The translations under genes and the position numbers were made by a program. The notes under the pieces were generated by a model. The model was not told the DNA's origin and ran no database searches. It was given only the letters and a program-made list of their open reading frames with translations. Shown piece after piece: positions 19,435 to 27,105 of a DNA stretch of 64,000 bases; the first letter of the stretch is position 1, and each line of letters starts with the position of its first letter. The stretch is from Pseudomonadota bacterium (GTDB taxonomy: Bacteria > Pseudomonadota > Alphaproteobacteria > Paracaedibacterales > CAIOTO01), in assembly GCA_040387495.1 (NCBI GenBank), contig JAZKDQ010000015.1, forward strand, positions 1,238-65,237. The letters run 5' to 3'.

Positions 19435-20397
19435 ATGTTAATAGAGAATGATCCGTTTACAGTAGTTTGGTTTTCCCCTGATTCAAGTGGTCTTTCTCTT
19501 ATTCAGTCTGTTTTTGCTTCATATGCTTGGACAACGACACCAGAAGGTCTTCGCAGTAATTACAGTTCGCTTGCAATGCAACCAGTTATTTTATTTGACC
19601 TTATTGGATTTAGAGAGCATTCAATAAAAAAAATTAAGTCAATTGCCTCACTTTTGCCACAAATTCCAATTATTGCTGTTGGAGACCATAGCTGCTCTGC
19701 ATTGGCTGAAGCAGCCATTGAAAACGGAGCAACAGATTTTTATTTTGGACCACTTAATAGTGGGCTTTTACGCAAACGAATTTTAACTCTTCTTGACGAT
19801 CCTGCAAATACCGACACACAACCAAATACAAAGTATCGTGATGCCCAGCCAGTTGAACTTGCTTTTATGGCTTTTTATGATGAATTGACAGGTTTGCCAA
19901 ATCGGAAATTATTTTTCTCTCGACTTGACGATTTAGCCAAAACAAATCTTACGAATGAAACATTCTTTTCACTCCTTTATATTGACTTGGATGGGTTTAA
20001 AAATATTAATGATCAACATACACATAAGGCTGGAGATTGGTTGTTGCAACAAGTTGCGATGCGCCTTCGGAATTGCATCAAACGTAATGATACGGTTGCG
20101 CGCATGGGCGGCGATGAGTTTAGTATTCTACTTGTAGACATCGACGATACAGATGTTGTTGCAAACATTGCGCAACGTATTGTCTACAACATATCCGCTC
20201 CATTTTTCTATAACAACCAACAGCTCAATATTAATGCGAGTGTAGGAATAGCTTTATTTCCGCAAAATGCGAGTAGCAGCCAAGAATTACTTGAGCGCGC
20301 TGATCAAGCAATGTATAAAGCGAAGCAAGTAGGCCGAGGAAACTATCGGTTTTATGCATCAGAGGATAATATTATTCACACAAAAAAATTTGGTTAG
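19435..20397 (+). CDS. Diguanylate cyclase (GGDEF) with an N-terminal receiver-like domain
   Basis: 320 aa. D.LTGLPNR, DLDGFKNIND, the RMGGDEFSILL active-site motif and ADQAMYKAK. The N-terminal 125 aa or so have a REC-like beta-alpha pattern (VILFDL...PIIAVG). Confidence 0.85.
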   Translation: MLIENDPFTVVWFSPDSSGLSLIQSVFASYAWTTTPEGLRSNYSSLAMQPVILFDLIGFREHSIKKIKSIASLLPQIPIIAVGDHSCSALAEAAIENGATDFYFGPLNSGLLRKRILTLLDDPANTDTQPNTKYRDAQPVELAFMAFYDELTGLPNRKLFFSRLDDLAKTNLTNETFFSLLYIDLDGFKNINDQHTHKAGDWLLQQVAMRLRNCIKRNDTVARMGGDEFSILLVDIDDTDVVANIAQRIVYNISAPFFYNNQQLNINASVGIALFPQNASSSQELLERADQAMYKAKQVGRGNYRFYASEDNIIHTKKFG

Positions 20398-20405
20398 ATT
20401 TAATC

Positions 20406-20506
20406 CCGGATGGGTTAAATTATCCGCCGCTTGCGGCGAATTGTCTTCATAAGTAAGCCCATCCGTAAAATGATACCCACTTGATACCCCGCTGCTTGCG
20501 GCGGGG
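20406..20506. repeat. Composite GC-rich palindromic element between convergent genes
   Basis: CGGATGGG (20407-20414) pairs with CCCATCCG (20458-20465) and encloses the CGCCGC-tt-GCGGCG palindrome (20425-20438). A second hairpin pairs CCCCGC (20487-20492) with GCGGGG (20501-20506). The 10-mer GCTTGCGGCG occurs twice (20429 and 20494) and GATACCC occurs twice (20472 and 20483). Confidence 0.45.
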
Positions 20507-20541
20507 ATGTTCATTCCGCCAGAATCTAATTCCAAATTATG

Positions 20542-21132
20542 CTAATTCAAACTAAATTTAATTGGAACTGTTCGTTCTGCATATCCAGATCTATGTGGTG
20601 AAAATCGCCATGTTGAAATGGCTTTTTTTGCTTCATGCATAAACATAAATGGGCAGTCCTTCGTGCCATTTTCTAAGTCAACTTTATGTATGGTACCATT
20701 TGGAGCAATACTAATTTTCATAATGCATAGCGCTTCTCTGCCAACTAAACGTGCTTCTTCAGGATATGTAGGATGCTTGTTTTCTGGGTTAGGAATAATA
20801 TCAGATAAGGTGGATCCCACATGTTGTTGACTATGCGTCATTATGTTTTTGTTTTTAGTTTTTTCAAGTGAGCTAAGCCGGGCTTTTTGTAGAGCAATAG
20901 TTGATTCGCGTGTGTTTGCGGAAATTGGGTCTGATTGGCTAGGTGAAAATGCCACAAATTCAATTGATGTTGTTAGAAACTCACCTTTTTTAAGTTTGCT
21001 ATATGTTAATGATGTAGCTTGTAGTGCATACCACAAAGCATAAGAAGTTACACCACATGCTAAATGGAGTATGAGTGAAAGTAAAAGTGATTTTGCAAAT
21101 GAACGTATTGTTTGAGCGATATTTTTATTCAT
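20542..21132 (-). CDS. TonB C-terminal-domain protein
   Basis: 196 aa. It has an N-terminal TM anchor and the C-terminal block YPEEARLVGREALCIMKISIAPNGTIHKVDL...AKKAISTWRFSP, which is typical of the TonB_C fold. Its ATG overlaps the ctaG stop (TAATG at 21130-21134). Confidence 0.7.
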   Translation of the reverse strand: MNKNIAQTIRSFAKSLLLSLILHLACGVTSYALWYALQATSLTYSKLKKGEFLTTSIEFVAFSPSQSDPISANTRESTIALQKARLSSLEKTKNKNIMTHSQQHVGSTLSDIIPNPENKHPTYPEEARLVGREALCIMKISIAPNGTIHKVDLENGTKDCPFMFMHEAKKAISTWRFSPHRSGYAERTVPIKFSLN

Positions 21133-21665
21133 TAGTGTGTGTATTCAAAAAAAGTATAAGATAGAGTTAATGTTTTTAAATCTTTTGTCAACGGGTCTTT
21201 TAGTATGTCGGGGCTAACAGTAAAGAGAACAGGCATATCAAGTATTTGACCAGGTTCAATTCTTTGTTGTTCAAAGCAAAAGCATTGAATTTTACCAAAA
21301 AAAATCCCTGCTTTATCTGGACTAACATTATATGTAGCCATTCCAATAATAGGACGATGACTATTATTTTCTGCTTGGTAGTAAACGAGTTTTGGTTCAC
21401 CTATTTTGACGATAACTTCATGTTGTTTTGGAATAAAATGCCAAGGTAAGTCACGATGTATCGATGCTGTAAATTTAACACGAACGTAATGATCTTCTTT
21501 AGGTGCTTCTACGTCGAACAATCCAACTTGTGGAGTACCACCAAAACCTGTTTTTTGGCAAATAAGACGATAAAGCGGAACTGCTGCAAATGATGCACCT
21601 AGCATACCTGCAGATAGCGCTACTAAAAAATAAATGAGATGTTTATTTTTTGTTGGATCGTTCAT
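21132..21665 (-). CDS. ctaG: Cytochrome c oxidase assembly protein CtaG/Cox11
   Basis: 177 aa. TM anchor, YRLICQKTGFGGTPQ, the copper motif CFCF (KIQCFCFEQQ) and LSYTFF. Confidence 0.9.
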   Translation of the reverse strand: MNDPTKNKHLIYFLVALSAGMLGASFAAVPLYRLICQKTGFGGTPQVGLFDVEAPKEDHYVRVKFTASIHRDLPWHFIPKQHEVIVKIGEPKLVYYQAENNSHRPIIGMATYNVSPDKAGIFFGKIQCFCFEQQRIEPGQILDMPVLFTVSPDILKDPLTKDLKTLTLSYTFFEYTH

Positions 21666-21680
21666 CTAACACTTCTTAAT

Positions 21681-21794
21681 TTAGAATGGACGTCCACCAA
21701 CTCTGATAAATCCGACACAATAAAGTATGATTACAAGCGATAGCAAAAGACTCAGAATAGCACGATTCCGCGCTTTATGATTAGGAGAAAGCAT
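21681..21794 (-). CDS. Unannotated 37-aa single-TM peptide upstream of ctaG
   Basis: Below the ORF-track size cutoff. My translation is MLSPNHKARNRAILSLLLSLVIILYCVGFIRVGGRPF*. There is an AAGG motif 6 nt upstream of the ATG, and the stop is 15 nt before the ctaG start. Confidence 0.4.
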   Translation of the reverse strand: MLSPNHKARNRAILSLLLSLVIILYCVGFIRVGGRPF

Positions 21795-21865
21795 TACAAA
21801 CCTTTTCATAGCTAAATAGTGAAAAACCCCAAGAAAATTTATTTCTCGGGGTATATTGCCAAAAC

Positions 21866-22366
21866 TTAACGCTTTGAGAACTGGAAGCGCTTACGAGCTT
21901 TTGCTTGGCCGTACTTCTTACGTTCAACAACACGACTGTCACGTGTTAAAAATCCACCTTGCTTTAGCACAGTGTGAAGATCTGGTTCAAAATGCACTAA
22001 CGCACGGCTAATACCATGACGAAGTGCGCCAGCTTGGCCAGACAAACCGCCACCACTGATTGTGCAGAACACATCGTATTGGCCAGCACGATTTGATGCT
22101 TTAAAAGGTTGGTTGATAATCATTTGTAAAACTGGGCGTGCAAAATATGATTCCCATACACGGCCATTAACCATGATTTTACCTAGGCCTGGCTTTATCC
22201 AAACACGTGCAATTGCATTCTTACGCTTACCTGTTGCATATGAACGACCTTGTGCATCGATTTTTTTTACTTTAGGCAGTGCCAATATTGGTCCTGCAAC
22301 TGAAGTTTCTCCATCAACTACGCCTTGTGTTGCTGATTTCAAATTATCTAATGTTATTTTTGTCAT
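21866..22366 (-). CDS. rpsI: 30S ribosomal protein S9
   Basis: 166 aa. [32 protein letters not shown] and the C-terminal [22 protein letters not shown]. Confidence 0.95.
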   Translation of the reverse strand: MTKITLDNLKSATQGVVDGETSVAGPILALPKVKKIDAQGRSYATGKRKNAIARVWIKPGLGKIMVNGRVWESYFARPVLQMIINQPFKASNRAGQYDVFCTISGGGLSGQAGALRHGISRALVHFEPDLHTVLKQGGFLTRDSRVVERKKYGQAKARKRFQFSKR

Positions 22367-22369
22367 AAA

Positions 22370-22843
22370 CTAGATACTCCGTTTGTTCTTGCGATTCAGG
22401 CTCGCAATGTCAAAGACTGTTGGATTTTGTGCTTCATGTGGGTGATTGCTACCAGCATAAACTTTAAGATTGCTCATGATTTGACGACCAAGTGGGCCGC
22501 GTGGAACCATACGTTCTACAGCTTTCTCAATTGCACGTGCTGGGAATCTTCCATCAAGAATCTGGCCCATTGTGCGTTCTTTAATACCGCCAGCATATCC
22601 TGTATGCCAGTAGAATTTTTTATCTGCACGTTTTTTGCCAGTTACATGAACTTTTTCCGCATTGATAATAACTACATGATCACCACAATCAACATGAGGT
22701 GTGTAGGAAGCGAGATGCTTGCCGCGCAAGCGATTTGCCACGAGTGAAGCAAGACGTCCAAGTATAAGGTCTTGAGCATCGATCAAGATCCATTTCTTAT
22801 TAACATCTTGGGCACGAAGCGACTGGGTAGTTTTATTATCCAT
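22370..22843 (-). CDS. rplM: 50S ribosomal protein L13
   Basis: The ORF track extends to 22939, but the L13-like N-terminus (MDNKTTQSL...[18 protein letters not shown]) starts at the ATG at 22843. [12 protein letters not shown] and YWHTGY.GG are present. Confidence 0.95.
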   Translation of the reverse strand: MDNKTTQSLRAQDVNKKWILIDAQDLILGRLASLVANRLRGKHLASYTPHVDCGDHVVIINAEKVHVTGKKRADKKFYWHTGYAGGIKERTMGQILDGRFPARAIEKAVERMVPRGPLGRQIMSNLKVYAGSNHPHEAQNPTVFDIASLNRKNKRSI

Positions 22844-22964
22844 TCTTTCAATCCAAATAGTTTGCTTTATGTATTGTATTATATAGACATATGATATAGT
22901 GGTGGTCAAGGAAAATACGACATTTGTTAACGGTAACATAATACCGCACTTTATTGGATAGCTT

Positions 22965-23513
22965 ATGGATTTACCTATGCTTGTTGAAATTGATGAATCT
23001 ACTCACCCAATTATCTTGGATATACGCTATGCCTCAATGAATAATTTTACTGGGCAAGTGATTTATAATAAGCCACTTTGTTTGATACACAAAGATGCAC
23101 TTGTCCTTTTTGAAAAAGCAATTGTATTGGCTGCTAAACAAAATCTTACATTTAAGGTATTTGACGCATTCAGACCACAAGCCGCACAAGAGGCCCTTTG
23201 GAATATTTGTCCGAATGACATGTATATAATGCCGCCAACAAAGGGTTCGGTTCATACACGCGGTGTTGCAATTGATTTGACGTTGATTAATGATGCTGGA
23301 TCAGAGCTTGATATGGGCACGCCATTTGATGATTTTACTGAACAATCGCATCACGGAGCATCTTTACCTGTGGCTATCGAGCAAAATAGATATCTATTAT
23401 TAGGAATTATGACGACTGCCGGTTTTGATTTTTATCGTAATGAATGGTGGCATTATCAGATGTTTAACCCCCGAGAATATGAATTAATTAAAGATGACCA
23501 TGGAATGATGTAA
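22965..23513 (+). CDS. ddpX: D-alanyl-D-alanine dipeptidase (peptidase M15D, VanX/DdpX type)
   Basis: 182 aa. [20 protein letters not shown], the metal-ligand block [13 protein letters not shown] and EWWHY. Confidence 0.85.
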   Translation: MDLPMLVEIDESTHPIILDIRYASMNNFTGQVIYNKPLCLIHKDALVLFEKAIVLAAKQNLTFKVFDAFRPQAAQEALWNICPNDMYIMPPTKGSVHTRGVAIDLTLINDAGSELDMGTPFDDFTEQSHHGASLPVAIEQNRYLLLGIMTTAGFDFYRNEWWHYQMFNPREYELIKDDHGMM

Positions 23514-23716
23514 GTAAGATGTTTTTTTAATTGCAATTTGTTTTAGACCAAGTGTGTTTTTCGGATAGAAAATATCCCAATCTCTTTTTTTATTGTAATT
23601 TGCATAAAATTTTAGTATATTTTTCAAAAAACAACAAAACTCTCATTTCTTCTGTTGAATTTATGACGCATTTTAGTTAAAATTATGTAAACAATAACAG
23701 TAAGGAGCGACAAATT

Positions 23717-24142
23717 ATGTCTCTAGCTACACGTTTAAATGAACCATCACAATTTTCAGACAATGAAACTATGACTGATGAATGTTTAGAGTATTTTCGT
23801 GACAAGCTCGTAGGCTGGCGTGAGCAGTTACTTACAGAGAGCTCAGAAACAATTTATGAAATGCAAGAGAAATCAAATCAAGAACCTGATGTAATTGATT
23901 TTGCATGTAATGAAGTTGCACGCTCGCTGGAGTTACGTACTCGTGATCGGGAACGTAAGCTTGTTAATAAAATTAATGAAGCCCTGATGAGAATTGAAGA
24001 TGGCAGCTATGGTTACTGTGAAGAAACTGGAGAGCCAATTAGTTTAAAAAGACTTGATGCGCGTCCAATAGCAACGTTAAGCATTGAAGCACAAGAACGA
24101 CATGAACGACGCGAACGTACGTATCGCGAAGAGCTTCAATAG
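23717..24142 (+). CDS. dksA: RNA polymerase-binding transcription factor DksA (one-Cys type)
   Basis: 141 aa. It has a coiled-coil region and the C-terminal YGYCEETGEPISLKRLDARPIATLSIEAQE. Only one Cys of the canonical CxxC..CxxC remains, as I recall for alphaproteobacterial DksA. Confidence 0.9.
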   Translation: MSLATRLNEPSQFSDNETMTDECLEYFRDKLVGWREQLLTESSETIYEMQEKSNQEPDVIDFACNEVARSLELRTRDRERKLVNKINEALMRIEDGSYGYCEETGEPISLKRLDARPIATLSIEAQERHERRERTYREELQ

Positions 24143-24146
24143 TTTT

Positions 24147-25241
24147 TCATACTAAAAAGCCGCGGGCTATTTGATCACGTTCAATTGCTTCAAATAAAGC
24201 AGTGATGTTTCCTTCTCCAAATCCACTGTGCCCATGGCGTTCAATTACTTCAAAGAATATTGGCCCAAACAGATTCTTGGTAAAGATTTGTAAAAGTAAT
24301 TTTTTTGAATCGCCATCATATTCACCATCGATTAAAATATGATGACGTGAAAGTGTGTATAAATTAAAACCACTTTCAGGGAATCGTTCTGCAATTACAT
24401 CGTAGTATGTTGATGGAACTTGCATGAAAGAAATTCCCGCTTTCGTTAGTCCTTCAATAGAGGGGACTATTGCTGATGTCGTAAGTGCAATGTGTTGAAT
24501 ACCTTCACCTTTGTAATCAATTAAATTTTCTGTGATTTGAGACTTTTCGTCACTTGATTCATTGATTGGAATCCGAATTGTGCCGCAGGGACTAATCAGT
24601 GCTCTGCTTACTAAACTTGTCTTTTTGCCTGAAATATCAAAGTATCGTATTTGGTGAAAGTTAAATAGCGTTTGGTAAAACCCGCACCAGTGATCCATTT
24701 TCCCGTTGTAAACATTGTGTGTTAAATGATCAATCATAAGAAGTGAATGACCAATAGGGTGTATATTAGTTCCACTAAAGTAAGTAAATTCAGATTCAAA
24801 AAAAGCATCCAGTGAATCACCATCAACACAATAGAGCAGGCTATCACCAATGCCATGGATAGCGGGTATATTGTAGGGTGTTGTGTATTTATAAGAAAGT
24901 TCCCCATTAGTAATTCACTTTTGGTGTGCCGTCGCAGCATTGTTTACCCAAAAACCCATAGATGAAGCGCAAATACCGTGTTCTCGTCCAAATATGGCCG
25001 CGTGTCCTGTTGATTCGCAATTCACTAGAAAATGGATTTGTCCTTGCTTATATAAAAAAAATTCTTCTCTTTTGTGCTGCGCGATACATTGAAAGCCAAG
25101 ACGAAGTAGGGTTGCTTTAAGGTAGGATCTTAAATCTTCGGTTGGTGCTGTGAATTCGACAAAGGCAAATCCCTTTGTGCCCGCGGGATTCTTTGTCAGT
25201 CCTTTTTTATTCTCATTAAATGTATATGAAATGACATTCAA
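24147..25241 (-). pseudogene. hppD: 4-hydroxyphenylpyruvate dioxygenase interrupted by one in-frame TGA
   Basis: The track ORFs 24915..25241 (108 aa) and 24147..24737 (196 aa) are in the same frame, since 24917-24737=180. Reading through the TGA at 24915-24917 gives a continuous 364-codon frame: ...WVNNAATAHQK*ITNGELSYKYTTPYNIPAIHGIGDSLLYCVDGD...LLMIDHLTHNV... This is colinear with Pseudomonas HPPD as I recall it. Confidence 0.85.
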
Positions 25242-25313
25242 ATTTCTCCCTATTACATAATTATTTTACAATATAATTTGTGAATAATATATTAACAGAA
25301 GAATATATGTAAT

Positions 25314-25781
25314 TTAAGTAATGGATGTTATGCGTAGTCGGTCCAAAACGCCTTGTAAGATAAAACTAGCTGCAACCTTGTCTACATTAGCTTTGCGCTT
25401 CATACGTGACATATCAGCTTCAATCAATGCGCGATTAGCGGCACACGTTGAAAGACGTTCGTCCCAAAGATAAACAGGTATCCCAAAGGGAAATATATGC
25501 GTTGCAAGAAATTCTTTTACTTTTTTAGCTTGTGGCCCTTCATCACTATTCATCAATAAAGGTAATCCTGATACAAAACCACCAACTGGATATTGTTTCA
25601 GCAATCGATGAAGGTGCGCTTTCCAGTCAGTTTTACGATCAAGCATTGTAAGTGGTGATGCAATAAGCCATGTGGCGTCGCACACGCTAATGCCAATACG
25701 ACGATCGCCTATATCAAGACCAAAGAGCCGTTTTTGTTGTTGTTTAAGTGGAGGGAGATCATCGAGTGTGCAGTAGATCAT
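25314..25781 (-). CDS. ruvX: Putative pre-16S rRNA nuclease / Holliday junction resolvase-like YqgF
   Basis: 155 aa. LFGLDIGDRRIGISVCD, DERLST and the overall YqgF pattern. Confidence 0.88.
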   Translation of the reverse strand: MIYCTLDDLPPLKQQQKRLFGLDIGDRRIGISVCDATWLIASPLTMLDRKTDWKAHLHRLLKQYPVGGFVSGLPLLMNSDEGPQAKKVKEFLATHIFPFGIPVYLWDERLSTCAANRALIEADMSRMKRKANVDKVAASFILQGVLDRLRITSIT

Positions 25782-25829
25782 GTTTTATTTATTACCAAAG
25801 AAAGAATGAATGAAAATGGAGCGTGATTT

Positions 25830-26153
25830 TTAGAGAGTAAAAGAATTTCCACATCCGCAGCCAGCGCTGGCGTTTGGATTTGTTATAACAAAGCGTGATG
25901 CTACTAAATCTTCCGTGAAATTAAGCTCTCCGCCAGAAATTAAGCCGAGTGAAATATCGTCAATTACAAGTTTTGTATTATAGTATTCAAATAAATGATC
26001 ATCAGCAGTCATTGCATCATCAAAGATAAAATTATATTGAAATCCGGAACATCCACCGCCTGTAATGCTGATTCTGAAAAATGAATTCTCTTTCTCTTCA
26101 GTCAACAAAGATTGAATTCGTGTCGCTGCTGATTGTGTAATAGTAAATGACAT
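25830..26153 (-). CDS. erpA: Iron-sulfur cluster insertion protein (HesB/IscA/ErpA family)
   Basis: 107 aa. GGGCSGFQYNF and the C-terminal CGCGNSF. Confidence 0.85.
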   Translation of the reverse strand: MSFTITQSAATRIQSLLTEEKENSFFRISITGGGCSGFQYNFIFDDAMTADDHLFEYYNTKLVIDDISLGLISGGELNFTEDLVASRFVITNPNASAGCGCGNSFTL

Positions 26154-26303
26154 TTCAATTCCCCAAAGTGCAATTTTGTATTTTTTATGTATGCATATTT
26201 ATTATTGGAAACAAAATATATTAATGCATCGTGCAAAACACATTCTAACATCAAATTGGATAAGAAATAAAATCTTTATGTGAGTTTTTAAAATCAAATA
26301 ACC

Positions 26304-26930
26304 TTATTTTTTTATAGCTGGTGTGCAGATAATGCTTCCATTTACGTTTGATATATCGGCACAGTTGCGTAACTTATCACCAATTTTGGATCTAACACTG
26401 ATTGTACGTACGTTAGTTCCGTTATTATTGATATTTCGTACAGTAAGTGTCAAAACGAGTGTTGAGTCAATAGTTGGAACCCCCACACCATTACGACATG
26501 ATACATGTAATGTGTATGTGCCATCCGCATTTTTAACAAGTGTGGGCTCAATTAGGTCACCATACACAGCGTCTTTGTAGCTTTTTGTTATACAGCTTGA
26601 TCTAAATGTATACGTTGCAGGAAGATCTGCTACTGACGGTTCAAGAGAAGGCTGTGTTGCTGGGGAAAGCGCGGCTGCTGCAGGAGTTGATGAAGAAACT
26701 GAAGAAACGGCGAGGGCTGGAGAAACTGGAGGAATAGAAACTACCCCAGGTATAGCTGGAGCAGCTATCACTAGTGATTGAGGCGGCTGAGCGCCAATGT
26801 CTGCGTGTGTTATATTAGTGCCGATGAGCAGCGATGCTATTAGGTATTGAATTTTTTTATGCCTAGCATGCGTATGTATGGATGATTTTTGAACAAAAAA
26901 TGTTTGAATGTTTACAGCTGCTTTTTTCAT
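26304..26930 (-). CDS. Hypothetical exported protein with an Ala/Pro/Ser-rich linker
   Basis: 208 aa. It has a hydrophobic N-terminal segment, the low-complexity tract PAIPGVVSIPPVSPALAVSSVSSSTPAAAALSPATQPS, and a Cys-containing C-terminal domain. No family recognised. Confidence 0.5.
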   Translation of the reverse strand: MKKAAVNIQTFFVQKSSIHTHARHKKIQYLIASLLIGTNITHADIGAQPPQSLVIAAPAIPGVVSIPPVSPALAVSSVSSSTPAAAALSPATQPSLEPSVADLPATYTFRSSCITKSYKDAVYGDLIEPTLVKNADGTYTLHVSCRNGVGVPTIDSTLVLTLTVRNINNNGTNVRTISVRSKIGDKLRNCADISNVNGSIICTPAIKK

Positions 26931-27105
26931 TAATTTAATATCAATTTGAATGAATCCTTATCTTAATTGTGATGTAAGTGAGTTAATAAATCATTAACAG
27001 AATTGATTTTATTGTTCTCAGCTTTGTAATTGAGTTTTCCCCTTTTAAAATTATCATTTTTTAGCTACAACAAAGGTAACAACATAAAATAAAGACGAGC
27101 AGCTC

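Noticed and set aside
22844-22939. The ORF track gives long N-terminal extensions for rplM. The same applies to ELM1-like (to 39021), ftsX (to 43642), DUF218 (to 42785), arnA-FT (to 16714), PhzF-like (to 2200) and Usg (to 8871).
   Set aside because: The extensions are not family-like and overlap upstream genes. Internal ATGs reproduce the expected N-termini and give compact or ATGA-type junctions.
24915-24917. TGA might be read as Trp genome-wide (code 4) or as selenocysteine.
   Set aside because: Several genes (cmk at 1276-1278, the alaX-like gene at 15034-15036, ftsX at 42680-42682) terminate at TGA at family-typical lengths. The aligned HPPD position is not a conserved Trp or Cys, and I see no obvious SECIS-like hairpin following it.
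24734-24940. A 68-aa track ORF lies between the two hppD pieces, which could suggest frameshifts in hppD.
   Set aside because: Its translation is not HPPD-like. The true HPPD frame runs continuously through this interval, so the lesion is one stop codon and not a frameshift.
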